A DNA stretch of 64,000 nucleotides, from positions 16,058,001 through 16,122,000 of the forward strand of contig NC_083422.1 in assembly GCF_020745735.1 (NCBI RefSeq), read 5' to 3'. The position numbers were made by a program, and so were the translations under genes. Within the stretch, counting starts at the first letter, position 1. Every line of letters begins with the position of its first letter. Shown one piece after another: positions 12,976 through 25,829 of this stretch. The DNA comes from Hemiscyllium ocellatum. Its lineage: Eukaryota. The notes below the pieces were generated by a model. The model was not told where the DNA came from and ran no database searches. It worked only from the letters and a program-made list of their open reading frames with translations.

Positions 12976-14224
12976 CATGGGTTTAGGATTGTTGGACTCA
13001 AATGCTGAGCATGGTAATTGTTGATGTCATTTTTTCAGGTGTTGAATTCAGTTAGTTCAAACAGGGTGTGCCTTGTGTAGTAATGGCTCTTCCAATCAGT
13101 AAGAAATTTCTGGGAGTTGAAGAAGTGACTTTGGGAGTGAAATGAGGAAAAGAAAGCTTTCAGAATTGGCAAACAAGCTGGTGTTTGGGTTGCCTGCGTC
13201 TGTGAGGAAAGGGGTGATAGCCGTGGCAACTGTGCAGCATTTCAAATTGCCGCAGATGCCATCCGAATCTCTGGAATTGGCTAAAATTCAACTGCAAATG
13301 AAGTAACTTGAATTAGAGGCATAACAAAGAGAAAAGGAAATGAAACAGTCTGAATTATGATTAAAAGCATAGGAGAAAGAAAGGGAGAGGAAGGCCTTAG
13401 CAGAAGAACAAGAAAATTCAGACAGAGTAGCAGCCAGGAGACATTTACTGAAGCTTACCACTCTGTTGAGATGCCAATAGCTTCTTAAGCTACTCAGAAA
13501 TCCTGATCTATGAAAGCTGGCCACACCCATTCAGGCTGCATTAACAAACAGCCTCCCAAGCTGTTTACTCCAGTGACCTTCAGTAGCCAGCTCAATACCT
13601 CTCGTTCAATCTCTCCCTTAACAGAAACCAAGACAAAATACCCTCTTAAAGCTGCAGCAATGCCACAACAGACACATCAAGAAAATGGTGTACCGTTCAA
13701 ATTTTATTGCAAGAACTAAGCTTTTAACCTATTTTTACAGATAACAAGTTTCTAATTGCAGATTACATGTTTACTCACCTCCTACCTCCAACCAACCAGA
13801 TTTACAAAATTCACATTCCAAGTTAGTACACATGGACTACATTGTCCAATCACGTTCTCACTAAAACATACGACTGTATTATCTAATCATATCATGACAT
13901 GTTCACACTTCAAACTGTTCATAAGGACTTTGCAATTACCAGTAAACCTGTACTGTTTACATACTCCCTTTCAAGGATAAAAAGCCAGTTTTTGTAAAGA
14001 GTGAACTAAAAGGTTGAAGCACACTAGAGTTACCAGATCTGGGTAGGTTGCATCTCAAGTTGCTGAGGCAAATGAGCTTGGAGACCATGGAGACATTGGT
14101 TGTATCTCCAACTCCCTGGAGCTGTGAAGAATGGGACAGGCCTTGTTGTCGTGGAATGCTCCAAGAAGTTGGGCCCTTCCATATCACCTGACCTTCATGG
14201 AGTGATTTGAAGTGAAAAATACCT

Positions 14225-15348
14225 TTGACCACAAGCCCTTCAAGAAGTAGTCAGCATGTAATGTCCTCAAGATCAAATGGGAAAAGGAGAGGGTGGATCC
14301 TGTCACATTGTTCGTTGAGCAGACTGTCAAAGTCATTTAGCAGAATGTCTCATCACCAGAACTTTCCAACAAGGACCAACTTTCCAACTTTCCAAAGACA
14401 TGTTTTGGCTAGTGTTGAGAAGGGCACAACCTGTGAGACCCTTCATGTGTGCCCGGACTCTCTGACCTGCTGCACACTGTCCTCAAAGCAGTTGTTGGGA
14501 GGAGGGGGTGATAGAGAAAAACACATGTCTCCTGCTGGAATGTGCCTGAGCGAAAGAAGTGTGGAGAAAGATGCAGTGTTTTTGCTGAGGTTGGTTCTGA
14601 GCAGCTCAGTGACACAGGACTCTGCGTTCTACAGTCAGTTCTCCGCTACGCACACCAAGACAAACATCGACCACACCTGGAAGACCGTCAACTCAGTGAA
14701 AGATGCTCTTCGGTCTACCTGAAATCTGTTAGTCTTCCAGTGTAAAGAGTTGACCTCAACTAAGTATATGCAGACTGGCACATTCCAAGGTCCAGGGCTA
14801 TGTGCTGACGGGCGCACTAACATTTGAGGTAGCTGCCGCCAAGGCGTAGTGGGGATAGACCACAATTTGAGGACAATGGGAGCTCACTCAATTATCAGGC
14901 CCTCCTAGTGCCTCAAATGGATGTAAATACAGTCTTGTATAAGTAAGAAATGTCTTGGGTTTGTTTGTTCTCGTGGCACAATGGTTAGCACTGCTGCCTC
15001 ACAGTACCAGAGACCCACATTCAATTCCCACCTCAGGAGACTGACTGTGTGGAGTTTGCACATTCTCCCTGTGTCTGCGTGGATTTCCTTCGTGTGCTCT
15101 AGTTTCCTCCCACAGTCCAAAACTGTGCAGGTTAGGTGAATTGGCCATGCTAAATTGCCCGTAGTGTTAGGTGTAGGGGAATGGGTCTGGGTGGGTTGGT
15201 GTGGATTTGTTAGGTCAAAGGGCCTATTTCCACACTGTAAGCAATCTAATCTAAAATATGTAAAGATTGTTCAGATTTAAACTGCTTTAGTGGCTATGGA
15301 TGTGGATAAAAAATATTTTATGAATAAAGTATATTTTTGGAAAAAAAT
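14225..15348 (+). mobile_element. Tx1/L1-clade LINE 3' end with an HE1 SINE in its 3' UTR
   Basis: Decayed C-terminal ORF2 peptide (WKTVNSVKDAL), and AATAAA plus A-tail at ~15323-15348. Confidence 0.55.
14973..15253 (+). mobile_element. HE1 V-SINE
   Basis: gtggcacaatggttagcactgctgcctcacag head, V-domain, (aatct)n tail. Confidence 0.85.
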
Positions 15349-15369
15349 CACCTTCGATCTGAGAGTGGT

Positions 15370-15681
15370 TTAGATTAGACTTACAGTGTGGAAACAGGCC
15401 CTTCGGCCCAACAAGTCCACACCGACCCGCCGAAGCGCAACCCACCCATACCCCTACATTTACCCCTTACCTAACACTACGGGCAATTTTAGCTTGGCCA
15501 ATTCACCTGACCCGCACATCTTTGTGACTGTGGGAGGAAACCAGAGCACCCGGAGGAAACCCACGCAGACACGGGGAGAACGTGCAAACTCCACACAGTC
15601 AGTCGCCTGAGTCGGGAATTGAACCCGGGTCTACAGGCGCTGTGAGGCAGCAGTGCTAACCACTGTGCCACCGTGCCGCCC
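15370..15681 (-). mobile_element. HE1 V-SINE, young full-length copy
   Basis: Near-identical to the copies at 43814 and 63769. Confidence 0.9.
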
Positions 15682-15799
15682 TAAAGTGATGCGTAAGGCG
15701 ACAGGGAACACCCCACCCCATCAACTGAATGCAGATCCAGAGAACTAGTATATCGCAAGTGTCACAGCGATTTCAAAAAGGCGGGAATGATAAACCTGG

Positions 15800-16875
15800 A
15801 AAAGGCATATCAAGGCAGGACTTAGACACCTAATTGTAAGGTCCTGGGGATTGTTGCTGAACAAAGAGGCCTTAGAGTGCAGGTTCATAGCTCCTTGAAA
15901 GTGGAGTTACAGATAGATAGGATAATGAAGAAGGTGTTTGCCTTTGTTAGTTAGTGCATTGAGTATAGGAATTGGGAGGTCATACTGTGGCTGTATAGGA
16001 CATTGGTTAGGCTACTTTTGGAATATTGTGTGCAATTTTGGTCGTCCTGCTACAGGAAGGATGTTTTGAAGCTTGAAAGGGTTCAGAAAAGATTTACAAG
16101 GATGTTGCCAGAGTTGGAGGGTTTGAGCTACTGGGAAAGGTCAAATTATCTTGTGCTATTTTCTCTGGAGCATTGGAGGCTGAGAGATGACCTTATAGAG
16201 GTTTATAAAATCATGAGGGGCATGGATAGGATAAACAGACAAGGTCTTCTTCCTGGAGTGGGAGAGTGCAGAGCTAGAGGGCATAGGTTTAGGGTGAGAG
16301 GGCAAAGATTTAAAAGGGACCTAAGGGGCAACTCTTTCACGCAGAGTTTGGTACGTGTGTGGAATGAGCTGCCAGAGGAAGTGATGGAGGCTGGTACAAT
16401 TACAACATTTAAAAGGCATCTGGATGGTTATATGAATTGAATTGAATTGAATTGAATTGAATTTATTGTCACGTGTACCAAGGCACAGTGAAAGGCTTTG
16501 TCTTGTGAGCAGTGCAGGCAGATCACAGGTTAAGAAGCATAGATAGTAAATAATAGGTAAACAGCGGCAAAAACAAAAACACAGGTGCAGGCGAATGTTA
16601 AGAGTTTGTGAGACCATTCAGTATTGCAACAATAGTCGATAGAAACTGTTCTGAAACCAGCTGGTGCGTGTGTTCAGGCTTCTGTACCATCTCCCCGATG
16701 GTAGAGGCTGTAGAAAAACATTGCCAGGGTGGGATGGATCTTTGAATAGGAAAGTTTAGAGGGAAATGGCCGAATGCTGGCAAATGGGACTAGATTTATT
16801 TAGGATATCTAGTCAGCATGGACAAGTTGGACCAAAGGGCCTGTTTCTATGCTGTACATCTTGATGAGTCTATGA
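15800..16875 (+). mobile_element. CR1 (HER1-like) LINE 3' end, split by a minus-strand LINE tail at ~16437-16745
   Basis: LEYCVQFWS...LERVQKRFTRM...LIEVYKIMRG...VWNELP is the CR1 RT C-terminus. The insert starts with (AATTG)n and CR1 resumes at tgaatagg. Confidence 0.85.
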
Positions 16876-17825
16876 CTTACAATGATCCAGCAGGCAGCCT
16901 AACCTCAGAACTGGTGACATTTTAGAGATATTCATTTGAGAAAATAATAACTTTCATTGGGAAAATTAGGTGACAGATGACATGGGGTTATTAAAGTAAA
17001 TCATGTTTGACTAACTTGTTTGAAGTCACAGATAACATTGCAAAAGGCAAAGTAATTGATTTTCTGTAGATAGATCTCCAACAGGTGCTTCCAAAAGAAA
17101 TAGACAGTTTTGTTTGCAAATTTGAAACTGTAGGATTAAAGAGACACATGCTACAAAATGGACCAGACAATAGTAAGGATGGTGAACTGTTGCTTTTGAG
17201 ACTGAAGCCTAATATATTGCTTGAATGGAATCTGGGATGCTGGAATTATTTAGAACAATAGTGTACCTCCATAACCCTGAAGGATTAAAAAATAAATGGA
17301 GTAAGCTCTGAGAAACGGGATGAACTAGACTGAGTGAATTCACTGTCACATCAAGTTTAGTTAGGAAAAGTGAGACAAAGATTGGTTTATAGTAGACAAA
17401 AAGAGAATGAAAGTAACATTTAGAAACTCTAAATATTTGCATATATACACTTTTAAATTCCCCAATACTGTGCTGCCCAGAAGGAACAAATTCCACACTT
17501 GTAATTGTTAACTTTCTTGATGAGTGAGCATGATTAGGAGTGATTACCAATTATCCCGTTGTGAAAATTGTACTTACATTATTAGCTATCAGACTTAATT
17601 TTCTGTGGCAAATTTGATGGGCCATTAATTTGCAAATGTAGCAAATTAGGAAATCACTAGAAGTTATATCCAAAATACCCATTTCCACAAATAGTTCAGC
17701 AGTTTCTGGCAATTTGCAATTGACAGGGGTACAACATCCTGTTTTTAATTTAATGAAACCATACAATAAATCTGGGTTTCAGAAATCACAATAGGGCAAA
17801 TAGTGGTTAGAAGTTAGTGAGCAGT

Positions 17826-18040
17826 GCTGTTGCTGGAAAAGTTAGAGTCAATAAAGTGTGAGGCTGGAAAAAGCCCAGCAGGTCAAGCAGCATCCGAGGA
17901 GCGAGAAAGTCAATGTTTTATGCTTAATCCTTCATCAGGACTTGCAAGAGAATTGTTGTTTTAGGTTTAAACCCGAAACATTGACTCTTTTGCTCATCAG
18001 ATGCTGCCTGAACTGCTGTCTCTTTCCAGCACAACACTTT
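17826..18040. mobile_element. Palindromic Penelope-pLTR-derived mini-element (same family as 12048)
   Basis: gctggaaaaagcccagcaggtcaagcagcatc ... gatgctgcctgaactgctgtctctttccagc are inverted arms. Confidence 0.65.
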
Positions 18041-19416
18041 ATCAATATAGTGATTAGAGGGTGGAATAAAGCATGGAAAGCATTTGCGGTAAATGTCTTA
18101 TTTAAGACTGAAGACTGCAGAAGCTCGCTGATGTGGAATGTGCATGAACTATCATTAGAGCTCACCATCATTATCTATGGCTGTTATCAATAACCATACT
18201 GAAACTGAAGAGATGGGAGATATTGTAAATGCCAGCTATTTGAGCCTGGCAGGAAGCTGGTGCATGCTTGCTCTGTGCTGATGATGCTGTCATGGCTGTA
18301 GCAGGAAGCAGATTTCAGCAAGCACACTCTTATTGAAGCACATTGTTCCTTACTGATGCTGAGGAAGATGAATTGCTCCCTGGAGTCTCTGGTTGGATGT
18401 TACTTCATGATGAGAAACCTATTCACACAGCTCTTCCTTTTCATGCTCCTTGTCACCTCTGTTCAGTCTCCTTGTCATGTTGTTGTCCTAGGGGAATATA
18501 TTCTGCTGCACCCTTTACTGAGAGTTATGTCAAATCAATGCAGATTTGCCATATGATTCCCTGTTGTACCAACATCCATCAAAAATTAGTCAGCAGCTCT
18601 CTAGAAAGTATTTGATCCTCTTTTGAACCAGTATGGGGTTACAGTCCTTTCTGCCACTGTGCAAGGTTTAAGAGATGATGTTAGCTGAAGAATTGAGTTC
18701 TGACATGCCAGTGCTAAGGTGAAATCTTAGGCATTAGGAACAGAGATTTGTTTCTAACTCAGAATGGTGAGTGACTGAGAAGAGAACTGGTAGGTAATAG
18801 TGTTCCCATGTATCAGCTAACCTTGTCCTTCTTGGTGAAAATTGTTCGGAGCTTGAAAAGTGCTGGCTAAGGGACTTTAGTGAATTTCTTCAGTCTATCT
18901 TGCTGGTGTTATGCAATGCTACTACTTTGATTTACATTACTAAAATGCTTTATGTTGCTTTGTTTAATTTTGGACTTGAAATATCTTCATTTTGACAGCT
19001 GCAAATTTCCCATTAATGACTTTCTTAACCAGTTTAGTTTCCAGTCCACATGAGCTAGATCCATTACTAAAATACCTGAAATAGAATTTCACCTAGTTGT
19101 GCAATCACTTTTGAGTCTTCTTTGTCACTCCCAATAATTGTTTTAAACTTCCTTACACTATCATCACAATAATCCAAGATACTCTCTTCCTTCAAGATGC
19201 TTGAATTGCTGGAGAAACTCAGCTGGTCTGTGGAGAGAGAAGTAGGGTTAATGTTTTGAGATCAGTGACCCTTCTTCAGAATGCTTGAATTGCCCAGATC
19301 CAGACTGAGTGATCCTCTCATTGTGTGAGAAATGCAATAACTTACGGCACATCTCTTGCATGTGTTTTAAGATTCTTCACCCTTCTAGCTCCTCCCTCTG
19401 CTTCTTCTGACATTTT

Positions 19417-19707
19417 TTTAGATTACTTACAGTGTAGAAACAGGCCCTTCGGCCCAACAAGTCCACACCGTCCCACCGAAGCACAACCCACCAATACCCC
19501 TACATTCACCCCTTACCTAACACTACGGGCAATTTAGCATGGCCAATTCACCTGACCCGCACATCTTTGGACTGTGGGAGGAAACCGGAGCACCCGGAGG
19601 AAACCCACGCAGACACGGGGAGAACGTGCAAACTCCACATGTGGGAATTGAACCCAGGTCTCTGGCGCTGTGAGGCAGCAGTGCTAACCACTGTGCCACC
19701 GTGCCAC
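19417..19707 (-). mobile_element. HE1 V-SINE
   Basis: Same family sequence, with an internal deletion. Confidence 0.85.
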
Positions 19708-20856
19708 CATTATTACATAATACATGATTCTTATTGTTCTATTCTTTTTGCATCTTTCTGAAGTTTGCTGACAAATCACTCTTCTACATCCTACTTACTA
19801 TTTGGAATTTACAATAGGCAACAGCTCCTTTCCTGACCTCAAACCAAATGTATTCAGTCTTTGAATCCATTACATTGGCATCTCTCTGTAGAATAGCAAC
19901 CTGGAATAGCTTTGATTAATATTGACATCCCCACCCTCCAAACCCTTTGCTCTTATTTCATTTTCCTTCTCTACTCCCTCCTTGAATTCATTGATGACGG
20001 AAATGTTTAGTTCCCACACCTACTCATGGCTCAGTCAGGGCTCTGTATAGTCACTACATCATAACGCCATGTGGAAACTTTCTCTTGTAACTCACCAATT
20101 GTAGATGTAATGTTCCTTACATGAGCATGTTTACATTCTGACACAGCTTTGTTTTGAACCTTCATTTAATGTCATTGCCTACTATTCTTTGGTCTGTTAC
20201 TGTTTGTCCCCATTACCTTCTGCACATCTTCTCCCTCTCTTGGCTGTTACTCCCTGGTACATCTCTCACTGTCTAATTATTCGAGTTCTCCTCTATGCTG
20301 TCATTACTTGCCCTATCATGATGTTGAATCAAATTCTGTTCAATTACGGATTTTTACATCAGGTCAATAGATTCCCTCTCAGAATCCTATTGAAACTTAT
20401 CAGCATTTTAAACATTTCAGGAAGACCTTTCGTTAACTTTTCACGCTCCAGGTGGTTGTCAGGGATGCCTACGTATCATTATCCACAGGCACACGTGTGG
20501 CAATGGGAGCCAATGTTGGAAATGTGATGCTTTGAGTGGAGGTTGTGTTTCTGCAGAATTGGGCTCTGTGATTCTCCCCAATCACACCCCATGTGGTATA
20601 TGTAGCTTACAGTCCATGGAAAGTCTTTCATTGTTCACTCTCCATCGTAATAACAAAGCAATTAATTCTTTATGAAAGTCCAGTTTTTGTTGCTGTGCAA
20701 CAGGTGAGAATACCAACAGAGCGAACATGCAGCAAGTTTCATATAACAAGAAGAAAATAATAAACCCGGTTGGTGGGTGGGGGCAAGTTGATATTTTGTA
20801 TTTGAGATGGGCTTTAACACATTTTCTGCAGATTCTCAGCAACGTGCTGCTTTAAA

Positions 20857-20873
20857 TTTCCGTTCTCGCTTTC
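20857..20873 (+). promoter_or_regulatory. IFIT B imperfect ISRE/IRF-like element TTTCCGTTCTCGCTTTC
   Basis: Sits in the position matching the gene A ISRE-like site. The TATA equivalent reads TATGGA (~20913). Confidence 0.45.
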
Positions 20874-21015
20874 AATTGTGAAAAATCTGAGTACTGTGTA
20901 AGTTGTGAGGAGTATGGAAGTAGCTGTGAAGAGCTGAGCAGACCTGGTTCTACCTTTGCTGCTGATTAAGGGAAGCAGAAGTGAAGCCGCAGCTGCCCGT
21001 CTTTACTCTATCATC

Positions 21016-21020
21016 ATGAA
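21016..21020 (+). CDS. IFIT: IFIT gene B, coding exon 1 (ATG AA; Met-Asn)
   Basis: catcATGAA|gtaagagagatt, homologous context to gene A exon 1. It is the nearest upstream IFIT-type exon 1 for the acceptor at 23127-23128. Confidence 0.72.
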
Positions 21021-21124
21021 GTAAGAGAGATTTTTATGTGTAAGTTGCAGGTGCGGTGAAGTGTCAGCTGTAGCTCTGTGGCAACACCTTTCTCAGATTA
21101 ATCTGTAGGATTTGGGGAGAAGGA

Positions 21125-22290
21125 TTGGTCCCTGTCATTGACTATAGAGTTCAGCCTAACTTGGCCATGCCGCCCAGTTTTTACAGTTAATCTAGTCCCA
21201 TTTGGCTGCGTTTGGTCCACTTCCCTCCATACCTATCCAAGCCTTGTACTTGTCCAAATGTTTCTTCAATAACAATGTTGTACTTGCCTCCATGACTCCC
21301 TCTGGCAGCCTGTTCTAGATACTCAACACACACTGTGCGAAAAAAAAGTTGCCCATCTGGACCCTTTTGTATCCCTCCCTTTAAACTTATGTCCTCGAGT
21401 TTTAGACTCCCCTACCATGAGGAAAAGCTGTTGGCTATCGATGCCATATCTATGCCTCTCATGATTTTATAGACCTCTGTTAGGTCGCCCCTTAGTCTCC
21501 TACGCTCCAGGGAGAAAAGTCCCAGCATATCCAAGCTCTCCTTATAACTGAAACCTTCCAATCCAGGTAGCATGCTAGTAAATCATTTCTGCACTTTTTC
21601 TAGTTTAACAATATCCTCGCTATAGTAGGGTGACAAGAACTGCATGCAGTACTCCAACTATGCCTTACCAAGGTCTTATACAGCTGCAACAAGACATCCC
21701 CAAACCTATACTCAATGCTCTGACCAATGAAAGCCAGAATGCTGAAAGCCTTCTTTGGCCGCCCTGTCGATATGTGACTCCACTTTCAAGGACACTTTCA
21801 CAATGAACCAGTACTCCTAGATCGCCTTGTTCTATAACATTTCCCATGACCCTACATCGACTATGTAAATCCTGCCTTGGTTTGACCTATCAAAATGCAA
21901 CACCTTGATTTCCCACGCACAAATCCGTGCTGACTATCCCAAATGTGTTCTTGTCTCTCCAAATGCCTGTAGATCCTGTTTCTCAGAATCCAGTCTCATG
22001 ATTGACCCACCATGTACATTAGGTTCACCAGCCTGTGGTTCCCAGGCATTTCCCTACAGCCTTCCTTAAGTAATGACACAACATTAGCTACCCTCCAATC
22101 TTCAGGCTTTGCTTCTGTGGCTGTTGATGATAGAAATATTTTCGCTAGAAGCACCACAACTTCATCTGTAACCTCCCACAAAGTCTCAGGTCCAGGGAAT
22201 TTATCGACCTTAAAGCTTTTTAAGAATTCCAGCACCTCCTCTTCTGTAATGTGGTTCTCTTCACTACATCACAGTTTATCTCCCCAAGTT
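21125..22290 (-). mobile_element. CR1 LINE fragments in intron 1 of IFIT B
   Basis: PEDWRVANVVSLLKEG...NHRLVNL (RT N-part) plus a CR1 3' end on the minus strand. Confidence 0.8.
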
Positions 22291-22606
22291 CCCGAGCATC
22301 CGTGTCATCTGTTAACCCTCCTGATATATCTTTTAGGTGTATTCTGACACCCTGTTCACTTCTCATAGAATTCACTTGATCCCAGCTGCCTATACATATT
22401 ATGCTGCCTGACCTGCTGTGCTTTTCCAGCAACACACTCTCAACTCTGATCTCCAGCATCTGCAAACATCACTGTTTCCTATTCATATAATATGCCTCCT
22501 TCGTTTACTTGAGCAAAGGCATCAAAAACTCTGGTTATCTCGGGTTGCCTACTCCTACCAGCCTTACCTTTCACTCCATCAGGAACATGCTGTCTCTGAA
22601 CCTCCT

Positions 22607-22729
22607 CTGAGATTTGGCAGGAAATATTATGAAGGGGCAAATCAATGCATTGATAAAGCTCGGGAGGAGGATCTTGATAATATTGAGTGAAATACAGCTC
22701 TTGCGACCTCACTGTTTCAAATGAATGAA
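22607..22729 (+). pseudogene. IFIT exon-2 fragment inside intron 1 of gene B
   Basis: Translates LRFGRKYYEGANQCIDKAREEDLDNIE*NTALATSLFQMNE, versus A/B LRFGW[RK]YYEEANECIEKALEADPDNIEWNTAHATSLFR. In-frame TGA at 22688-22690. Confidence 0.85.
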
Positions 22730-23128
22730 TCCAAATGGGGAGCACTGGGAGTGGACTGCCCTGTAGGATCTGCTAACTTTCAAGTTATAAATTAACTCAG
22801 AGCTTCAAACAGCCTCGTTTCAACTGCTCAAGCCTTCAAGATCTTCATTGAAACCCTCCTGTGTTTATTTTCAGGAAGGCTGTGACTCTGTTTAACAGGA
22901 TCATGGGGTTCAAATTCATGATGATTATTTTCAGCATTTTCCCTGTCCACTAATGGTGCTGTCTGTTCATTTTGTTCTATCTGTACATTTCAGATTCTAG
23001 TTGTTATTTGAGTTTTTGAACCACTTATTGGGTTTGCTGAGATTCAGGCTGCCCAGTGTGAAATAGATTGCTAATTTCTTGCTGAAGGTTGCATAAAAGC
23101 AATAAATCTTTCCACCTGTTTCTTACAG

Positions 23129-24569
23129 TGACACCGCAAAGGATTCCCTGAAAGAGAAACTGCTTCAGTTACAATGTCACTTCACGTGGACCCTGCAACT
23201 AGAGGATGTGGAGTGGGATGATTTGCAGGAACGATTGAATTACACAATTGAGGCTGACATTGTGCAATATAAAGTCATGCCTTACAATCTACTTATTTTT
23301 GTCAACTGTGTACGAGGTAAACATGAGGAGGCATTCAATAATTTGTGGGAAGCTGAGGAGATTCTGAAGAAGGATCACAAGTCGAATGTTGAAAAGTGGA
23401 GCATCGTCACCTACGGAAACGCAGCCTGGGTCTATTACCACGTGGGAGAAGTGGCAGGGGCTCAGGCCTACCTCGACAAGCTGGAGAGGATCTGCCAACA
23501 GTTCCCTGATGCCTCTCGCTTTACAGCAATGACCCCTGAAGTATACGGGGAGAAGGGTTGGTCCCTGTTGAGATTTGGCTGGAAATATTATGAAGAGGCA
23601 AATGAATGTATTGAGAAGGCTCTGGAAGCAGATCCTGATAACATTGAGTGGAATACAGCTCACGCAACCTCTCTGTTCCGAATTAAAGAAATTTTTGGAG
23701 ACCCTCAGTGTCCTGAGCACTGCAAAGTAGTGAAGCAATTACATCGGGCATTGGAACTGAACCCAAAGGACTCTTTTCTCAAGGTCATGCTAGCTCAAAG
23801 ACTACAATATTTCAAACAGAAAGAGGAATCTCACAGATTGTTAGAAGATGTGCTCCTGAATTCTCCTGATGATCCCTATTTAATTCAATATGTGGCCAAA
23901 GCTTTAAGAAAGGAAGGATCTGTTGAACAATCCCTAGAGATGTTAAAAAAGGCACTGATGGATAAACCAAACTCTGGACTCCTACACCACCAGATCGGTT
24001 TATGCTACAAAAAGAAGTTGTCTGAACAGCAAAAGACACCTTATAAATATCTTGCTCATGAAGAAAGAAAAAACTTGATTGAACTTTGCAAATATCATTT
24101 CCAAACAGCATTTGATCAGAAACCATCACTTATTTTTGCAATGCTTGATTTGATAGAAATCCTTAAAGAAACTAAAGAATATTCCAAGATTGATGAGATC
24201 TATGAAAACCAGATCAGAAATAAAGATTGCAATGACATAAATAGACACTTAATATTTGGGAACTATGGAATATACCAGCTATATGGGAAAAGATCACAGC
24301 CTAATGCTATTCGTTATTTTAAAGAATGCTTAAAAATCAAGACATGGGGAGAGCTGTCGATGAAATGTCGAGCAGAATTAGAAGGAATTGCTGAACATCG
24401 ATTGAATGAATATTCAAGAGACAGTGTTGCCTTTGGCATCTTGGGATTTTTGTGCCAATTGGATGGCAAGAAATCCGAAGCCATTGGATACTTTCAGAGA
24501 GCCCTGGAGTGTGATCGCAACAATGAGGAATTTCAGAATGCACTCAGTGAACTAATGGAGGCTGCATAA
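23129..24569 (+). CDS. IFIT: IFIT gene B, exon 2 (paralogue of A; spliced product 481 aa)
   Basis: Same acceptor sequence as gene A. Open frame DTAKDSLKEKLLQLQCHFTW... to TAA at 24567-24569, colinear with A at offset 19106. Confidence 0.95.
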
Positions 24570-25829
24570 AATCTGTCTTTGATTGCCTTCCTTTATTCAC
24601 CAGAACCAGTTCCTTTCTCATTGGCTGGTTACAAAATTAATATAAAGCGCACCTTCTGCAATATTTTAGGAATTCTTCATCCACTCTGTCCTTTTATCTG
24701 GTTTTGCCAGCTTCTTTCAAAATAATGAAAGTCCCTGGCTCTTAATACAATATTAAACTTACTGACCCCTGTTGCTTTTCTATTTCCTTCTCACTATTTG
24801 CATCCAAATTAAACGTAATAGGCTACTTTCTGTTCTTTAAAACTAATCAAATCCATTATGTGTCCTTTTATTGAACTTCAATAATATCCTTGATAAATAT
24901 TGACCATCCCCACTCCCTGTACCACCAGCTTCTGTCTTCTCTTTTTCCCTTTCCCTATCGATTTTGAATCCATTGACATCTCATTCCTACTCATGTTTCG
25001 TCTATAATCACTATATCATTAGCCCATTTGGAAATTTGCATTGTAATTCATCAATTTCATTTGCAAGAACCCTTATATATTAACACACTCACTCTCTCAT
25101 GTGATGCTAGTCAGCTTTTCTTTTAACCTCCATCTACTTTCTGCCTGGTGTTCTTTGTTAAGTTGCTGTATGTTCCTGATGCAGGGCTCATGCCTGAAAG
25201 ATTGATTTCTCTGCTCTTTGGATACTGCCTGATCTGCTGTGCTTTTCCAGCACCACATTCTCGGCTATGTTCCTGTTTGTCACTTATATTTGCTGCACAC
25301 CTTCTCCATCTAATATGTTGCTGGTTTCCTGGTAACATTTGCTTTGTCAAAGTATTCCCTTATAGCGCTCATTACCATCCCTACCATGACATTTGATTGA
25401 GAGCTGTTCGGATATAAATCCTTTGAAGTCATGACTTCAAAGCTTGGCCTTGTTGATTAATTTTTATAAAACACAATGATTTATCTTAAACGGGCAGCTA
25501 CTACAATTATCCTCTCTGAATCATATCAAAGACCATTGTCATTTCACTCAGAGTTTCCTTTAATACATTTTATACATGTTTTAGCTGGTTGTCAGTGAAG
25601 CTTAAATATCCTGATCCTGAAGAGAGTTGGAACAATAAAACTCAGTGCAAGGAATTTGATACCTCTCTCCTCTGTTGTATATTTTAGTTGGTGTCAGGAT
25701 ATATGGTATGCAGCTCATAAAAATTATCTCATTGATAAGATTCCATTGTAATCCCAAAACAATGAATTTTTTAATGGAAGTCCAGTTATTGTTGTGCACC
25801 TGGCGCTGTTCAGAACTAACATGCTCCAA

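Larger units (their letters stand above)
11758..13670 (+). mobile_element. Decayed Gypsy LTR retrotransposon (LTR ending ...ccataaca ~12620, gag-like relic ~13080-13430, inverted LTR piece ~13430-13670) with nested insertions
   Basis: The LTR-like segment is similar to 39920-40505 and, inverted, to 13430-13670. A coiled-coil gag-like peptide contains stops. Confidence 0.5.

Noticed and set aside
15386-15671. Recurrent small ORFs such as DCGRKPEHPEETHADTG
   Set aside because: Translations of HE1 SINE copies, not a protein family.
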